From positions 2,592,001 through 2,656,000 of the forward strand of contig JASGHG010000001.1 of NCBI GenBank assembly GCA_047602425.1: DNA of 64,000 bases. The letters are read 5' to 3'. The position numbers and the translations under genes were made by a program. Positions 38,106 through 46,636 of the stretch are shown piece after piece. Below the pieces are notes generated by a model. It had not been told where the DNA came from. It worked only from the letters and a program-made list of their open reading frames with translations, and did no database searches. The DNA is from Nibricoccus sp. Lineage in GTDB: Bacteria; Verrucomicrobiota; Verrucomicrobiia; Opitutales; Opitutaceae. Numbering within the stretch: position 1 is the stretch's first letter; each line of letters opens with the position of its first letter.

Positions 38106-38188
38106 ATCGCCAAGTGATGCTGGCGAGTATTTGCAGGTGTTGTGGTCAGCCCGGCCTGGTGCTTCAAGCGCAGGCCGGGCGCTTTTTT
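38106..38188 (+). ncRNA. Candidate sigma28-dependent sRNA (~83 nt)
   Basis: Promoter, 5' hairpin TCGCCA/TGGCGA, G/U-rich linker, terminator GCCCGGCCTG/CAGGCCGGGC + T6. Confidence 0.62.
38149..38188 (+). terminator. Intrinsic terminator
   Basis: 10-bp GC-rich stem followed by GCTTTTTT. Confidence 0.85.
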
Positions 38189-38291
38189 GTCCCAATCCGG
38201 AACGGCTGAAACATTTTGCCCGGTGCCTTCGTCTAGCCTTGATATTGGAACAGCGTCTTTCGCCCATTTCCGCCGCCGCAAAACCCACCCC

Positions 38292-39857
38292 ATGAAACTG
38301 CTGCCCTTTGTCTGCCTCCTTGTAATGGGTTGGTGTCAGGCGCTTATCGCCGCGACCCCTTACGAAAGTCCGGGCGCACTCCAGCCGCGTGGCCGCATCG
38401 ATGAACTTGTTTTTGCGAAATTGAACCAGCTCAACATCGAGCCGGCGCAAAATTGTTCCGACGCGGTTTTCGTGCGGCGCGTTTACCTCGATGTAATTGG
38501 CACGCTGCCCACGGCGGCTGAAGCTCGCGCGTTTCTCGAAAACAAAGCCATCGACAAACGCCGCACACTTATCGACGAACTTCTGACGCGGGATGAATTT
38601 GCCGAGTATTGGGCGATGAAATGGAGCGATTTGCTCCGCGTGAAAGCCGAGTACCCGATCAATCTTTGGCCGAATGCCGCGCAAGCGTACCATCGCTGGC
38701 TGGTCGAAGCGCTTCATACCAACAAGCCTTTCGATCAATTCGCTCGCGAACTCCTCACCGCGAATGGCAGCAATTTCCGCGTCGGCCCGGTTAACTTCTA
38801 TCGCGCTCTGCAGAGCCGCGATCCGCGAACGATTGCCCGCACGGTCGCACTGACTTTCCTCGGCGCTCGTGCGGAAAAATGGCCCGTCGCCCGGCTTGAC
38901 GGTTTTGCCTCCTTCTTCACCCGTATCGGCTACAAAGCCACCGGCGAATGGAAAGAGGAAATCGTTTTCTTCGATCCGTCAAAAACTCCTCCCGCCGGCT
39001 TTTTCGCCGCCCCGACTTTTCCTGACGGCACGCCCGCCCGATTTACCGACGATCGCGATCCGCGTGAAGTGTTCGCCGACTGGCTGGTAGCCCCGGAAAA
39101 TCCGTATTTCGCCCGCGCCATTGCCAACCGCGTTTGGTTCTGGCTATTGGGTCGTGGCATCGTTCACGAGCCCGACGACTTTCGCGCCGACAATCCGCCT
39201 TCCAATCCCGCGCTCCTCGATCACCTCGCGCAACAACTTGTCGCCGCACGCTACGACTTGAAGGAGCTGTTTCGCTCCATCCTGAATTCCCAGACCTACC
39301 AGCTTTCCTGCGTGCCCCGCTCCGAAAATCCCGAAGCCGCCGCAAACTTCGCCAGTTATCCTCTGAGGCGCCTCGACGCGGAAGTCCTCATCGATGCGAT
39401 CAACCAGATCACGGGTTCTTCCGAGAAATACACCAGCGCCATTCCCGAACCGTTCACCTACGTGCCCGAGGATGTGCGTTCGATTTCGCTGCCCGACGGC
39501 AGCATCACCAGCGGTTTTCTTGAGATGTTCGGTCGTCCACCCCGTGACACCGGCCAGGAGCTCGAACGCAACAATCGTCCAACAGCTAACCAGCGACTGT
39601 ATCTACTTAATTCGACGCAGATCCGCCGCAAACTGGAGCAGGGACCCAAGCTCCAGGAGCTCTGGCGTTCCCATGCGAAACGTCCCGCCGCGTTGGTCGA
39701 TACCCTTTACCTAACCTTCCTCTCCCGCCATCCCACCGACGACGAGCGCAAGACCATTGCGGGTTATGCCAAGACTCCGGGGCTATCTTCGCAGCAGGCC
39801 GCGGTCGACGTCGCCTGGGCCCTGGCCAACAGCGCCGAGTTCCTCCACCGCCATTAA
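38292..39857 (+). CDS. DUF1549/DUF1553 (PSD1-type) exported protein
   Basis: Signal peptide; IDELV, FVRRVYLDVIGTLPT, NPYFARAIANRVW...GRGIV, NPPSNPALLD.LA, RRLDAEVLIDAI, WALANSAEF. Confidence 0.9.
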   Translation: MKLLPFVCLLVMGWCQALIAATPYESPGALQPRGRIDELVFAKLNQLNIEPAQNCSDAVFVRRVYLDVIGTLPTAAEARAFLENKAIDKRRTLIDELLTRDEFAEYWAMKWSDLLRVKAEYPINLWPNAAQAYHRWLVEALHTNKPFDQFARELLTANGSNFRVGPVNFYRALQSRDPRTIARTVALTFLGARAEKWPVARLDGFASFFTRIGYKATGEWKEEIVFFDPSKTPPAGFFAAPTFPDGTPARFTDDRDPREVFADWLVAPENPYFARAIANRVWFWLLGRGIVHEPDDFRADNPPSNPALLDHLAQQLVAARYDLKELFRSILNSQTYQLSCVPRSENPEAAANFASYPLRRLDAEVLIDAINQITGSSEKYTSAIPEPFTYVPEDVRSISLPDGSITSGFLEMFGRPPRDTGQELERNNRPTANQRLYLLNSTQIRRKLEQGPKLQELWRSHAKRPAALVDTLYLTFLSRHPTDDERKTIAGYAKTPGLSSQQAAVDVAWALANSAEFLHRH

Positions 39858-39869
39858 AATCTCCCCGCC

Positions 39870-41288
39870 ATGCATCCCCCTTACGAATCCGACAACGTCT
39901 GGCAGGCCTGTGCGCACGATAATCCTCCCGCTGAGCCCCGCGTCGAATTGCCCGAGTTCACCCGTCGCCAGATGATTCGCTGCGGTTTTCTCTGCGCGGC
40001 CGGGGCGCTGTTGTCCAACAACCTGAGTTTGCGCGCCCTCGCTGCGATGCCGTCGGCCAAACCACTGAAAAACTCCAAAGCGCCGGCTAAATCCGTCATT
40101 CAGATCTGGCTCTGGGGCGGCGCCTGCCACCTCGACACCTTCGATCCCAAGCCCGACGCGGGCGACGCGTTTTCCGGCCCGCTGAAATCGCCCATAGAGA
40201 CCAATGTCTCTGGCATGCAGATCGGCGAACTGCTGCCGCTTCTTGGGAAGCAAGGTGACAAATACTCGCTCATCCGCTCGCTCACGCACGGCAGCAACGG
40301 TCATGAAACCGCCGCTTACATGGTGCAGACCGGTCGGCCGTCCGGCGACCGCTACGTTTTTCCCTCCGTCGGCGCCGTTGTGTCTCTGTTTAAAGGTTAT
40401 GATACCGGTTACTCGGGTCTCATTCCCCCATACATTGTGATGACGGAGCTTCAGGGCCGTTTTTCCGAGGCGGGTTTCCTCGGTCAGCGTTACCGTCCGT
40501 TTGCGACCGGTGGAGACCCGGCCAAAAATCCTTTTGCCGTCGAAGGCGTCGTCGCGCCAGGGCTGAGCGATGCCCGGCAACAGGGCCGTCGCGATTTTCT
40601 CGGTCAGCTCAACACGCTCGGTCGCACGCTGCCCAACGATCCTTTGCTCACTGCATCGGCCCAGGCCGAAACCCAGGCTTACGATTTGATTCTTGGCGAT
40701 GCCGGAAAGGTTTTTGATGCGTCAAAGGAGCCGGACGCGCTCAAAGACCGCTATGGTCGCAATAGTTTCGGTCAGTCCTGCCTGATTGCTCGCCGCCTTG
40801 TCGAACGCGGCGTGCCGTATGTAACAATCAACTACAAGGGCTGGGATACGCACAAGCGCCACTTCGAGATCATGCGCAATAAGTTACCCGAACTCGACAA
40901 AGGCTTGTCGTCGCTCCTGCAGGATCTTGGTGATCGCGGTTTGTTAGAGAGCACAATCGTTTGGTGTGGCGGCGAGTTTGGCCGCACGCCTCGCGTGCAG
41001 TGGGAAGCGCCATGGAACGGTGGACGCGGCCATCACGGCAAAGTTTTCTCCGCGCTTCTCGCCGGCGGCGGTTTCAAAGGCGGTCAAGTCGTTGGTTCAT
41101 CCGACGCGCAGGGCGAAGAGGTGCGGGACCGCCCCGTTTACCCAAGCGACTTGATCGGCAGCATGTACGAAAAGCTCGGCATCGATCCCAACGCTAAGCT
41201 TCCGCACCCGGAGGGTATCGACACCGCTGCATACCCGCCGCCGCTTGAAGGCACCAAGAGCGCCGGCTTCCTCCGAGAAATCATGTAA
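39870..41288 (+). CDS. DUF1501-family protein with Tat-like signal
   Basis: TRRQMI; AKSVIQIWLWGG..HLDTFDPKP; FGQSCLIARRLVERGV; GWDTH; GEFGRTP; GRGHH. Confidence 0.92.
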   Translation: MHPPYESDNVWQACAHDNPPAEPRVELPEFTRRQMIRCGFLCAAGALLSNNLSLRALAAMPSAKPLKNSKAPAKSVIQIWLWGGACHLDTFDPKPDAGDAFSGPLKSPIETNVSGMQIGELLPLLGKQGDKYSLIRSLTHGSNGHETAAYMVQTGRPSGDRYVFPSVGAVVSLFKGYDTGYSGLIPPYIVMTELQGRFSEAGFLGQRYRPFATGGDPAKNPFAVEGVVAPGLSDARQQGRRDFLGQLNTLGRTLPNDPLLTASAQAETQAYDLILGDAGKVFDASKEPDALKDRYGRNSFGQSCLIARRLVERGVPYVTINYKGWDTHKRHFEIMRNKLPELDKGLSSLLQDLGDRGLLESTIVWCGGEFGRTPRVQWEAPWNGGRGHHGKVFSALLAGGGFKGGQVVGSSDAQGEEVRDRPVYPSDLIGSMYEKLGIDPNAKLPHPEGIDTAAYPPPLEGTKSAGFLREIM

Positions 41289-41309
41289 GGAAAGATCCCT
41301 CGATCAAAA

Positions 41310-41335
41310 GTAGGGACGGACCGCCGGGCCGTCCG
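41310..41335 (+). repeat. GTAG-family REP-like palindrome
   Basis: GTAG-GGACGG-ACCGCCGGG-CCGTCC. Confidence 0.6.
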
Positions 41336-41359
41336 CGCCGAAAAAAATTCAAGCCTGCC

Positions 41360-43672
41360 ATGCGCCTCTGCCTCATTTACCTCTTGTCCGTAGTTTTAGT
41401 TTCTAGCGGGCTTCTCCATGCCCAGGCACCCGCTGCGCGTTCCGGCCCGCGTGTTGGCTACGTTTACCCGGCCGGAGGCAGGCAGGGTACGACCTTCACC
41501 GTCTACGTTGGCGGACAATTCCTTGAGGGCGTGTCCGAGGCGCAGTTTTTCGGCGACGGTATTTTCGCCAAGGTCGTCGACTATCTTCGCCCAACCAATC
41601 AAAAGGAGGACGAAGAGTACAAAGCCGAGGCGGAAAAACTCCGCGAGAAACGCCGTCTTTCGCGTCCCAATACTCCGCAACCGAGTCCTGAAACGCCACG
41701 CCCTGTCTGGACGACTGAAGACGATAAACGCGTCGAGCAATTGCGGAGTCTTCTCGCATATCGCATGAACCGCCAGACTGCCCCGGCCATCTGCGAGGCG
41801 GTGGTTTTGGAGGTCACGGTCGCCGCTGAGGCCGCCCCCGGCGATCGCGAGCTCCGCCTGCGCAACATCAACGGCCTTTCGAACCCTCTGCTCTTCGTCG
41901 TGGGTCAATTGCCCGAATCGACCGAACCACCTGCTCATCCTAATACCCAGGCGCCCGAGGGCCGCAACCCCGACAATCCTCGGCCACCGCCGCCCAATCC
42001 CGAGCGCATGGTCACATTGCCCGCCATCGTCAACGGCCAGGTTTTGCCGGGCGAGGTCGATCATATCCGTTTCAAGGCCACCCAGGGCCAAAAGCTCGTA
42101 GTCGCCGTTCGTGCGCGCGGTCTCATTCCTTATCTTGCCGACGCTGTGCCGGGCTGGTTTCAGGCTACACTCGCCTTGCAGGATTCAAAGGGCCGCGAAC
42201 TCGCCTACGACGACGACTTTCGGTTCAACCCCGACCCAGTTCTCTATTACGAGATCAAGACTGATGGTGAGTACGTCGTTGAAATCAAGGACTCCATTTT
42301 CCGCGGCCGCCAGGATTTCATCTATCGCGTCTCGATTGGCGAACTTCCTTTTATCACCAATCTTTTCCCGCTCGGAGGTCCTGTTGGCGCAAAAACCGCA
42401 GTCGAGGTTCACGGCTGGAATCTCTCCGCATCCAAGGCTCTGATGGACGCCACTGGTCGCGAACCGGGCGAACTCATGCTGGCCGTGCCGCGCGACGGCG
42501 TGCTGTCCAATCAGGTCGCCTTTGCCCTCGATGCCGATCCCGAATGCACCGAGGCCGAACCCAACAATGATCTCGCCCACGCACAAAAAATCACCCGTCC
42601 GATCATTGTGAATGGCCGCATCGAAAAGCCCGGTGACCGCGATGTATTTGGTTTTGATGGCCGCGCGGGTGAGGAAGTTGTGGTCGAAGTTTTTGCTCGT
42701 CGTCTCAATTCGCCACTCGACTCCATTTTGCAGCTCCTTGGTCCCGACGGTAAGCAACTTGCGGCCAACGACGACTCGGTGGACAAGGGTGACGGACTCA
42801 ATACGCACCACGCCGACTCGCGGATCAGCTTGAAATTGCCGGTGGACGGCGCGTACACGATCCATTTGGCAGATACACAACATCAGGGCGGGCCCGAATG
42901 TGCCTACCGACTGCACGTTCGCCCGCCTCATCCGGATTTCGAATTACGCGTCGCCCCTTCGAGCATCAATGTCCGCGGTGGCGCGCATGTGCCCGTGACC
43001 GTTTTCGCGCTGCGGAAGGATGGTTTTGCCGGCGGGATCGAGCTTGGCTTGCGTGACACCTTGCGCGGCTTCGGTCTGAGCGGCGCGCACATTCCGGCCG
43101 GGCAGGACAAGGTTCGCCTTACCCTAACCACACCAGCCACTCCACGGGATGAAGCTTATCCGGTGAATTTTGTCGGCCGCGCGACGATCGACAGCAAACA
43201 AGTCGTGCGCGAAGCCATTCCAGCCGAGGACATGATGCAGGCCTTCGCCTACCGCCACCTCGTGCCTGCGAAGGAAATGAAAGTACAAGTCGTCGGCCGC
43301 GGTGGCGTTCCAAAGTCTGCACTCCGCCTCGAAGACAAAACACCCTTGAGACTTCCCGTAGGCGGCACGGCAAAGTTCCGCGTTGCGGTGCAACTCGGGA
43401 AACAATTCGAAAATATCAAAGTCGAGCTGAGTGAACCACCCGAAGGCATTTCGATTCAAAAAGCCGATGAAGGGCCTGGCGTGATGGAAGTCGTTTTTGC
43501 CGCCGACGCCGCCAAAACAAAAATCGGCCAGCAGGGAAACCTTATCCTCATCGCCACTGGCGAACGCGTAAACGCTAACGAGAGGAAAGAGGAAAAAGGA
43601 AAAACGAAAAAAGCCCCCCGCGCGACCCTCAGCGCCTTGCCCGCAATCGCCTACGAAATCGTTGGTCCGTAG
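41360..43672 (+). CDS. Exported PPC-domain protein (PVC-type partner of DUF1501/DUF1553)
   Basis: YPAGGRQGT, two PPC-like repeats (VNG....G..D..F...GQ; E.EPNN; SPLDS.L...G..LA.NDD). Confidence 0.82.
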   Translation: MRLCLIYLLSVVLVSSGLLHAQAPAARSGPRVGYVYPAGGRQGTTFTVYVGGQFLEGVSEAQFFGDGIFAKVVDYLRPTNQKEDEEYKAEAEKLREKRRLSRPNTPQPSPETPRPVWTTEDDKRVEQLRSLLAYRMNRQTAPAICEAVVLEVTVAAEAAPGDRELRLRNINGLSNPLLFVVGQLPESTEPPAHPNTQAPEGRNPDNPRPPPPNPERMVTLPAIVNGQVLPGEVDHIRFKATQGQKLVVAVRARGLIPYLADAVPGWFQATLALQDSKGRELAYDDDFRFNPDPVLYYEIKTDGEYVVEIKDSIFRGRQDFIYRVSIGELPFITNLFPLGGPVGAKTAVEVHGWNLSASKALMDATGREPGELMLAVPRDGVLSNQVAFALDADPECTEAEPNNDLAHAQKITRPIIVNGRIEKPGDRDVFGFDGRAGEEVVVEVFARRLNSPLDSILQLLGPDGKQLAANDDSVDKGDGLNTHHADSRISLKLPVDGAYTIHLADTQHQGGPECAYRLHVRPPHPDFELRVAPSSINVRGGAHVPVTVFALRKDGFAGGIELGLRDTLRGFGLSGAHIPAGQDKVRLTLTTPATPRDEAYPVNFVGRATIDSKQVVREAIPAEDMMQAFAYRHLVPAKEMKVQVVGRGGVPKSALRLEDKTPLRLPVGGTAKFRVAVQLGKQFENIKVELSEPPEGISIQKADEGPGVMEVVFAADAAKTKIGQQGNLILIATGERVNANERKEEKGKTKKAPRATLSALPAIAYEIVGP

Positions 43673-43687
43673 GTGACTGGTTTTGTG

Positions 43688-45019
43688 TCAACCCGCCGCT
43701 GTCCGCTTGCGCACTGCCGAGGCGCCGCTGCGGGCATGGAGCAGTTCTCTCCGCAACCAGTCCAAAGCGGCATTCACGGCGCGGACCTGCACGGCCGCGC
43801 GCGGGCCGGGATAACAAAGCCGTTTCGACCAGACGCCCTGCGGCGAGTAGAGCGCGACAAAAACGGTGCCGAGCGGGTTTTCCGCCGTGCCGCCACAACA
43901 CCCCGTGAACCCTGTTACCGCCAGTGCGTAGTCCGAACCCATGCGTTCAGCGGCGCCGGTGGCCATCGCGACGGTATTTTCGGCGCTGACCGCGCCGTGT
44001 TGTTCGAGAATACACTCGGGAACGTCGAGCAGCAGAACCTTCGATTCGTTGCTGTAGCAGACGCAGCCGCCCGCGAAAAATTTGCTGGAGCCCGCAATGT
44101 CGGTGAACGCGTGAGCGAGCAGTCCGCCCGTCGCGGTCTCGGCTACGGAGAGCATTTTTTCTTCCGCGCGCAACAGGTCGCCGACGACTTTTGCCATCGA
44201 ATCGTGCCCGTAACAGATCAAGTCTTCGCCGAGCGCACGACCGCATTCGCGTGCGATGGCCTCAAGCTGTGTGTAGGAAAGTTTACCATCTGGCGAACTG
44301 AGCCGGCAGTCGACCTGCCCTTGGTGCGCGCAGAACGCGATGCTCAATGCATCGCCGTGGCGATTGAAGATCGGAAGCAGTTTGGTCTCCAGCGCCGATT
44401 CGCCGACGCCGGCGGTGCGAAATTGCACGTAGGCCTCGCGATCGAGCATCAGCCCGAGCTTGGCCAGTCGGGGCACCACTTGATCGAGAAACATCGGTTG
44501 CATTTCAGTGGGCGGACCGGGAAGCATGACCAGAACCTTACCATCTTGCTGTATCCAAAGTCCCGGCGCGGTGCCGTTGGCATTGGGCAACACCTCGGCC
44601 CGTTCCGGACGATAAGCTTGTTTTAAATTGTTCGGCGTCATTTTTCGGCCGAGGCGCGCAAACAGTTCCTCGATGGATTTTTCCACCGCGACGTCGTGCA
44701 CGAGTTTCTGGCCCAGGATTTCGGCGATGACTTCGCGCGTGCGGTCGTCGCAGGTTGGGCCAAGGCCGCCCGTGGTGATGACCACATCCGCGTTTCGCCA
44801 GCTTTCGGCAAACTGCTTGGCAATGGCATCGGCCTCGTCGGTCACCGTCACATTTCTTCGAAGCAGAACTCCCCGACGCCCGAGTTGCGTGCCGAGGAAA
44901 CTGAGATGAGTGTTGGTTGTCAGCCCAAGCAGCAACTCGTCGCCAAATGTTAGCAACTCGTAGCGTTTGTTAATGACAGGTGCGCGCCCATCGTTGGTAG
45001 TCGGTGTGGGTGAAACCAT
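43688..45019 (-). CDS. cinA: Competence/damage-inducible protein CinA (MoCF-like + PncC domains)
   Basis: GDELLLG...TH, TTGGLGPTCDDRT, GTAPG, LPGPP.EM, AETATGG, HGAVS. Confidence 0.92.
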   Translation of the reverse strand: MVSPTPTTNDGRAPVINKRYELLTFGDELLLGLTTNTHLSFLGTQLGRRGVLLRRNVTVTDEADAIAKQFAESWRNADVVITTGGLGPTCDDRTREVIAEILGQKLVHDVAVEKSIEELFARLGRKMTPNNLKQAYRPERAEVLPNANGTAPGLWIQQDGKVLVMLPGPPTEMQPMFLDQVVPRLAKLGLMLDREAYVQFRTAGVGESALETKLLPIFNRHGDALSIAFCAHQGQVDCRLSSPDGKLSYTQLEAIARECGRALGEDLICYGHDSMAKVVGDLLRAEEKMLSVAETATGGLLAHAFTDIAGSSKFFAGGCVCYSNESKVLLLDVPECILEQHGAVSAENTVAMATGAAERMGSDYALAVTGFTGCCGGTAENPLGTVFVALYSPQGVWSKRLCYPGPRAAVQVRAVNAALDWLRRELLHARSGASAVRKRTAAG

Positions 45020-45056
45020 ACTTTGCCGGACAGAAAAATAGTTTAATATAGCGAAA

Positions 45057-46541
45057 ATGCCAGTCACCGAGCCAAATCGTGAGGAGCCATTGAGTCTCAA
45101 GGAGAAAGTCCGCCGTCTTCCGGACAAACCCGGCGTTTATTTAATGAAAGACCGGCTTGGCGGCATCATTTATGTCGGCAAGGCCAAGAGTCTTAAGAAA
45201 CGGGTTTCCAATTACTTCCAGCCAGCGCGCAGCTTGGCGCTGCACCCCAAGATACGCGCGCTTATCGAGATGATTGCGGATTTTGATACCATTGAAGTGA
45301 AGTCCGAACCCGAGGCTTTGCTCCTCGAAGGCCGCCTGATCAAGCAGTGGAAACCGAAATATAATACGGATTTTACCGATGACAAACGGTTCCTGCTCGT
45401 GCGCATCGATCTGCACGAGGAAATGCCGCGCTTTCGGCTGACCCGCGTCAAAAAAGACGACCGTTCCCGCTATTTCGGGCCGTTCCCGCACAGCAGCCTG
45501 CTGCGCAAGACCCTCGCGCAGATGCGCCGGCAATTTGGCATCATGCTGGCCGACGCCGCGCCGCAAAAACTTCCGGACGGACGCTGGAAGCTCTACGACG
45601 ATGTTCGCCAGGAAATTTACGACGCGCCCAACGAAGTCGCAACCGACGATTATCGCCAACGCGTGGAGCGCGCCTGCGATTTCCTCGACGGTCGGTCGCG
45701 CGAATGGCTGGAATTGTTGCGCGTCGAGATGCGCACGGCCGCCGAAAAGCAGGAATACGAAAAAGCCGCGGAATTGCGCGACGTCGTTTTCGCCCTCGAA
45801 AAAACGCTGGCGAAGACACGCCGCTTCGAGCGCGAGCGCCCGCTGCCCTCGATTGACGCCGCCGCCTTGAACGCGTTGCAGGAGGTGCTTGGCCTCAAGT
45901 CTCCGCCGGCCCACATGGAATGCTTCGATATTTCGCATATCTCGGGTACGTTTGTTGTGGCTTCGATGGTTCATTTTTCCGACGGCCGGCCCGACAAGGA
46001 CAACTACCGTCGTTTCCGGATCAAAAGCTTCATCGGCAACGACGATTTTCGCGCGATGGAGGAAGTGGTTGGGCGCCGCTACCGCCGCCTGCACGAGGAG
46101 CAACAACCGTTTCCCGATCTCGTCGTGATCGACGGCGGACGCGGGCAGATTGCCGCAGCCTTGAAGGCCTTTATCGCGCTGGGGGTCGAGCCACCTGCCA
46201 TGATCGGCCTCGCGAAGAAGATGGAAACAATCATTTTTCCGGACGAGCGCCCTCCGCTCAATCTCTCGCTGGCACACGGCGGCCTGCAATTGCTTCAACG
46301 CCTCCGTGACGAAGCCCACCGTTTTGCCAATACCTACAATGCCGATCTGCGCTCGAAAAAAATCCGCGAATCCGTTCTCGACGATTTTCCTGGAATGGGC
46401 GACGTGCGCCGCGCTGCGCTAATGAATCATTTTGGCGATATCGATAAGTTGCGCGCTGCGACGGAGGAGCAGATTGGCGAAGTCGAAGGATTCGGCCCGA
46501 AGCTGGCCGCGGAGCTTTTCGCATTTTTGCACCCGAAGTAG
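45057..46541 (+). CDS. uvrC: Excinuclease ABC subunit C (short variant)
   Basis: GIY-YIG (PGVYLM...IYVGKAK), EALLLE, YEKAAELRD, ECFDISH, DDFRAM, IDGGRGQ, RDEAHRFA, HhH. Confidence 0.93.
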   Translation: MPVTEPNREEPLSLKEKVRRLPDKPGVYLMKDRLGGIIYVGKAKSLKKRVSNYFQPARSLALHPKIRALIEMIADFDTIEVKSEPEALLLEGRLIKQWKPKYNTDFTDDKRFLLVRIDLHEEMPRFRLTRVKKDDRSRYFGPFPHSSLLRKTLAQMRRQFGIMLADAAPQKLPDGRWKLYDDVRQEIYDAPNEVATDDYRQRVERACDFLDGRSREWLELLRVEMRTAAEKQEYEKAAELRDVVFALEKTLAKTRRFERERPLPSIDAAALNALQEVLGLKSPPAHMECFDISHISGTFVVASMVHFSDGRPDKDNYRRFRIKSFIGNDDFRAMEEVVGRRYRRLHEEQQPFPDLVVIDGGRGQIAAALKAFIALGVEPPAMIGLAKKMETIIFPDERPPLNLSLAHGGLQLLQRLRDEAHRFANTYNADLRSKKIRESVLDDFPGMGDVRRAALMNHFGDIDKLRAATEEQIGEVEGFGPKLAAELFAFLHPK

Positions 46542-46556
46542 GACCTGAAATAAAAC

Positions 46557-46626
46557 CGGCGACGACGGCGCGTCGCCCTCCATCCCAGCGATGGCATTTT
46601 TGGAGGGCGGATCGCCGTGTCCGCCG
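46557..46626. repeat. REPIN-like inverted pair of GGAG-type REP palindromes
   Basis: Minus strand TGGAGGGCGACGCGCCGTCGTCGCCG and plus strand TGGAGGGCGGATCGCCGTGTCCGCCG, 18 nt apart. Confidence 0.7.
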
Positions 46627-46636
46627 TTTCGGGCTT

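Noticed and set aside
38117..38209. 30-aa ORF MLASICRCCGQ... overlapping the sigma28 sRNA candidate
   Set aside because: It runs through the terminator and its U-tract, so it is unlikely to be translated in full; not excluded without Ribo-seq
44001..44014. TGTTC-N4-ATACA resembling a Verrucomicrobia LexA box
   Set aside because: Mismatched and deep inside cinA coding sequence; no such box in the cinA/uvrC spacer
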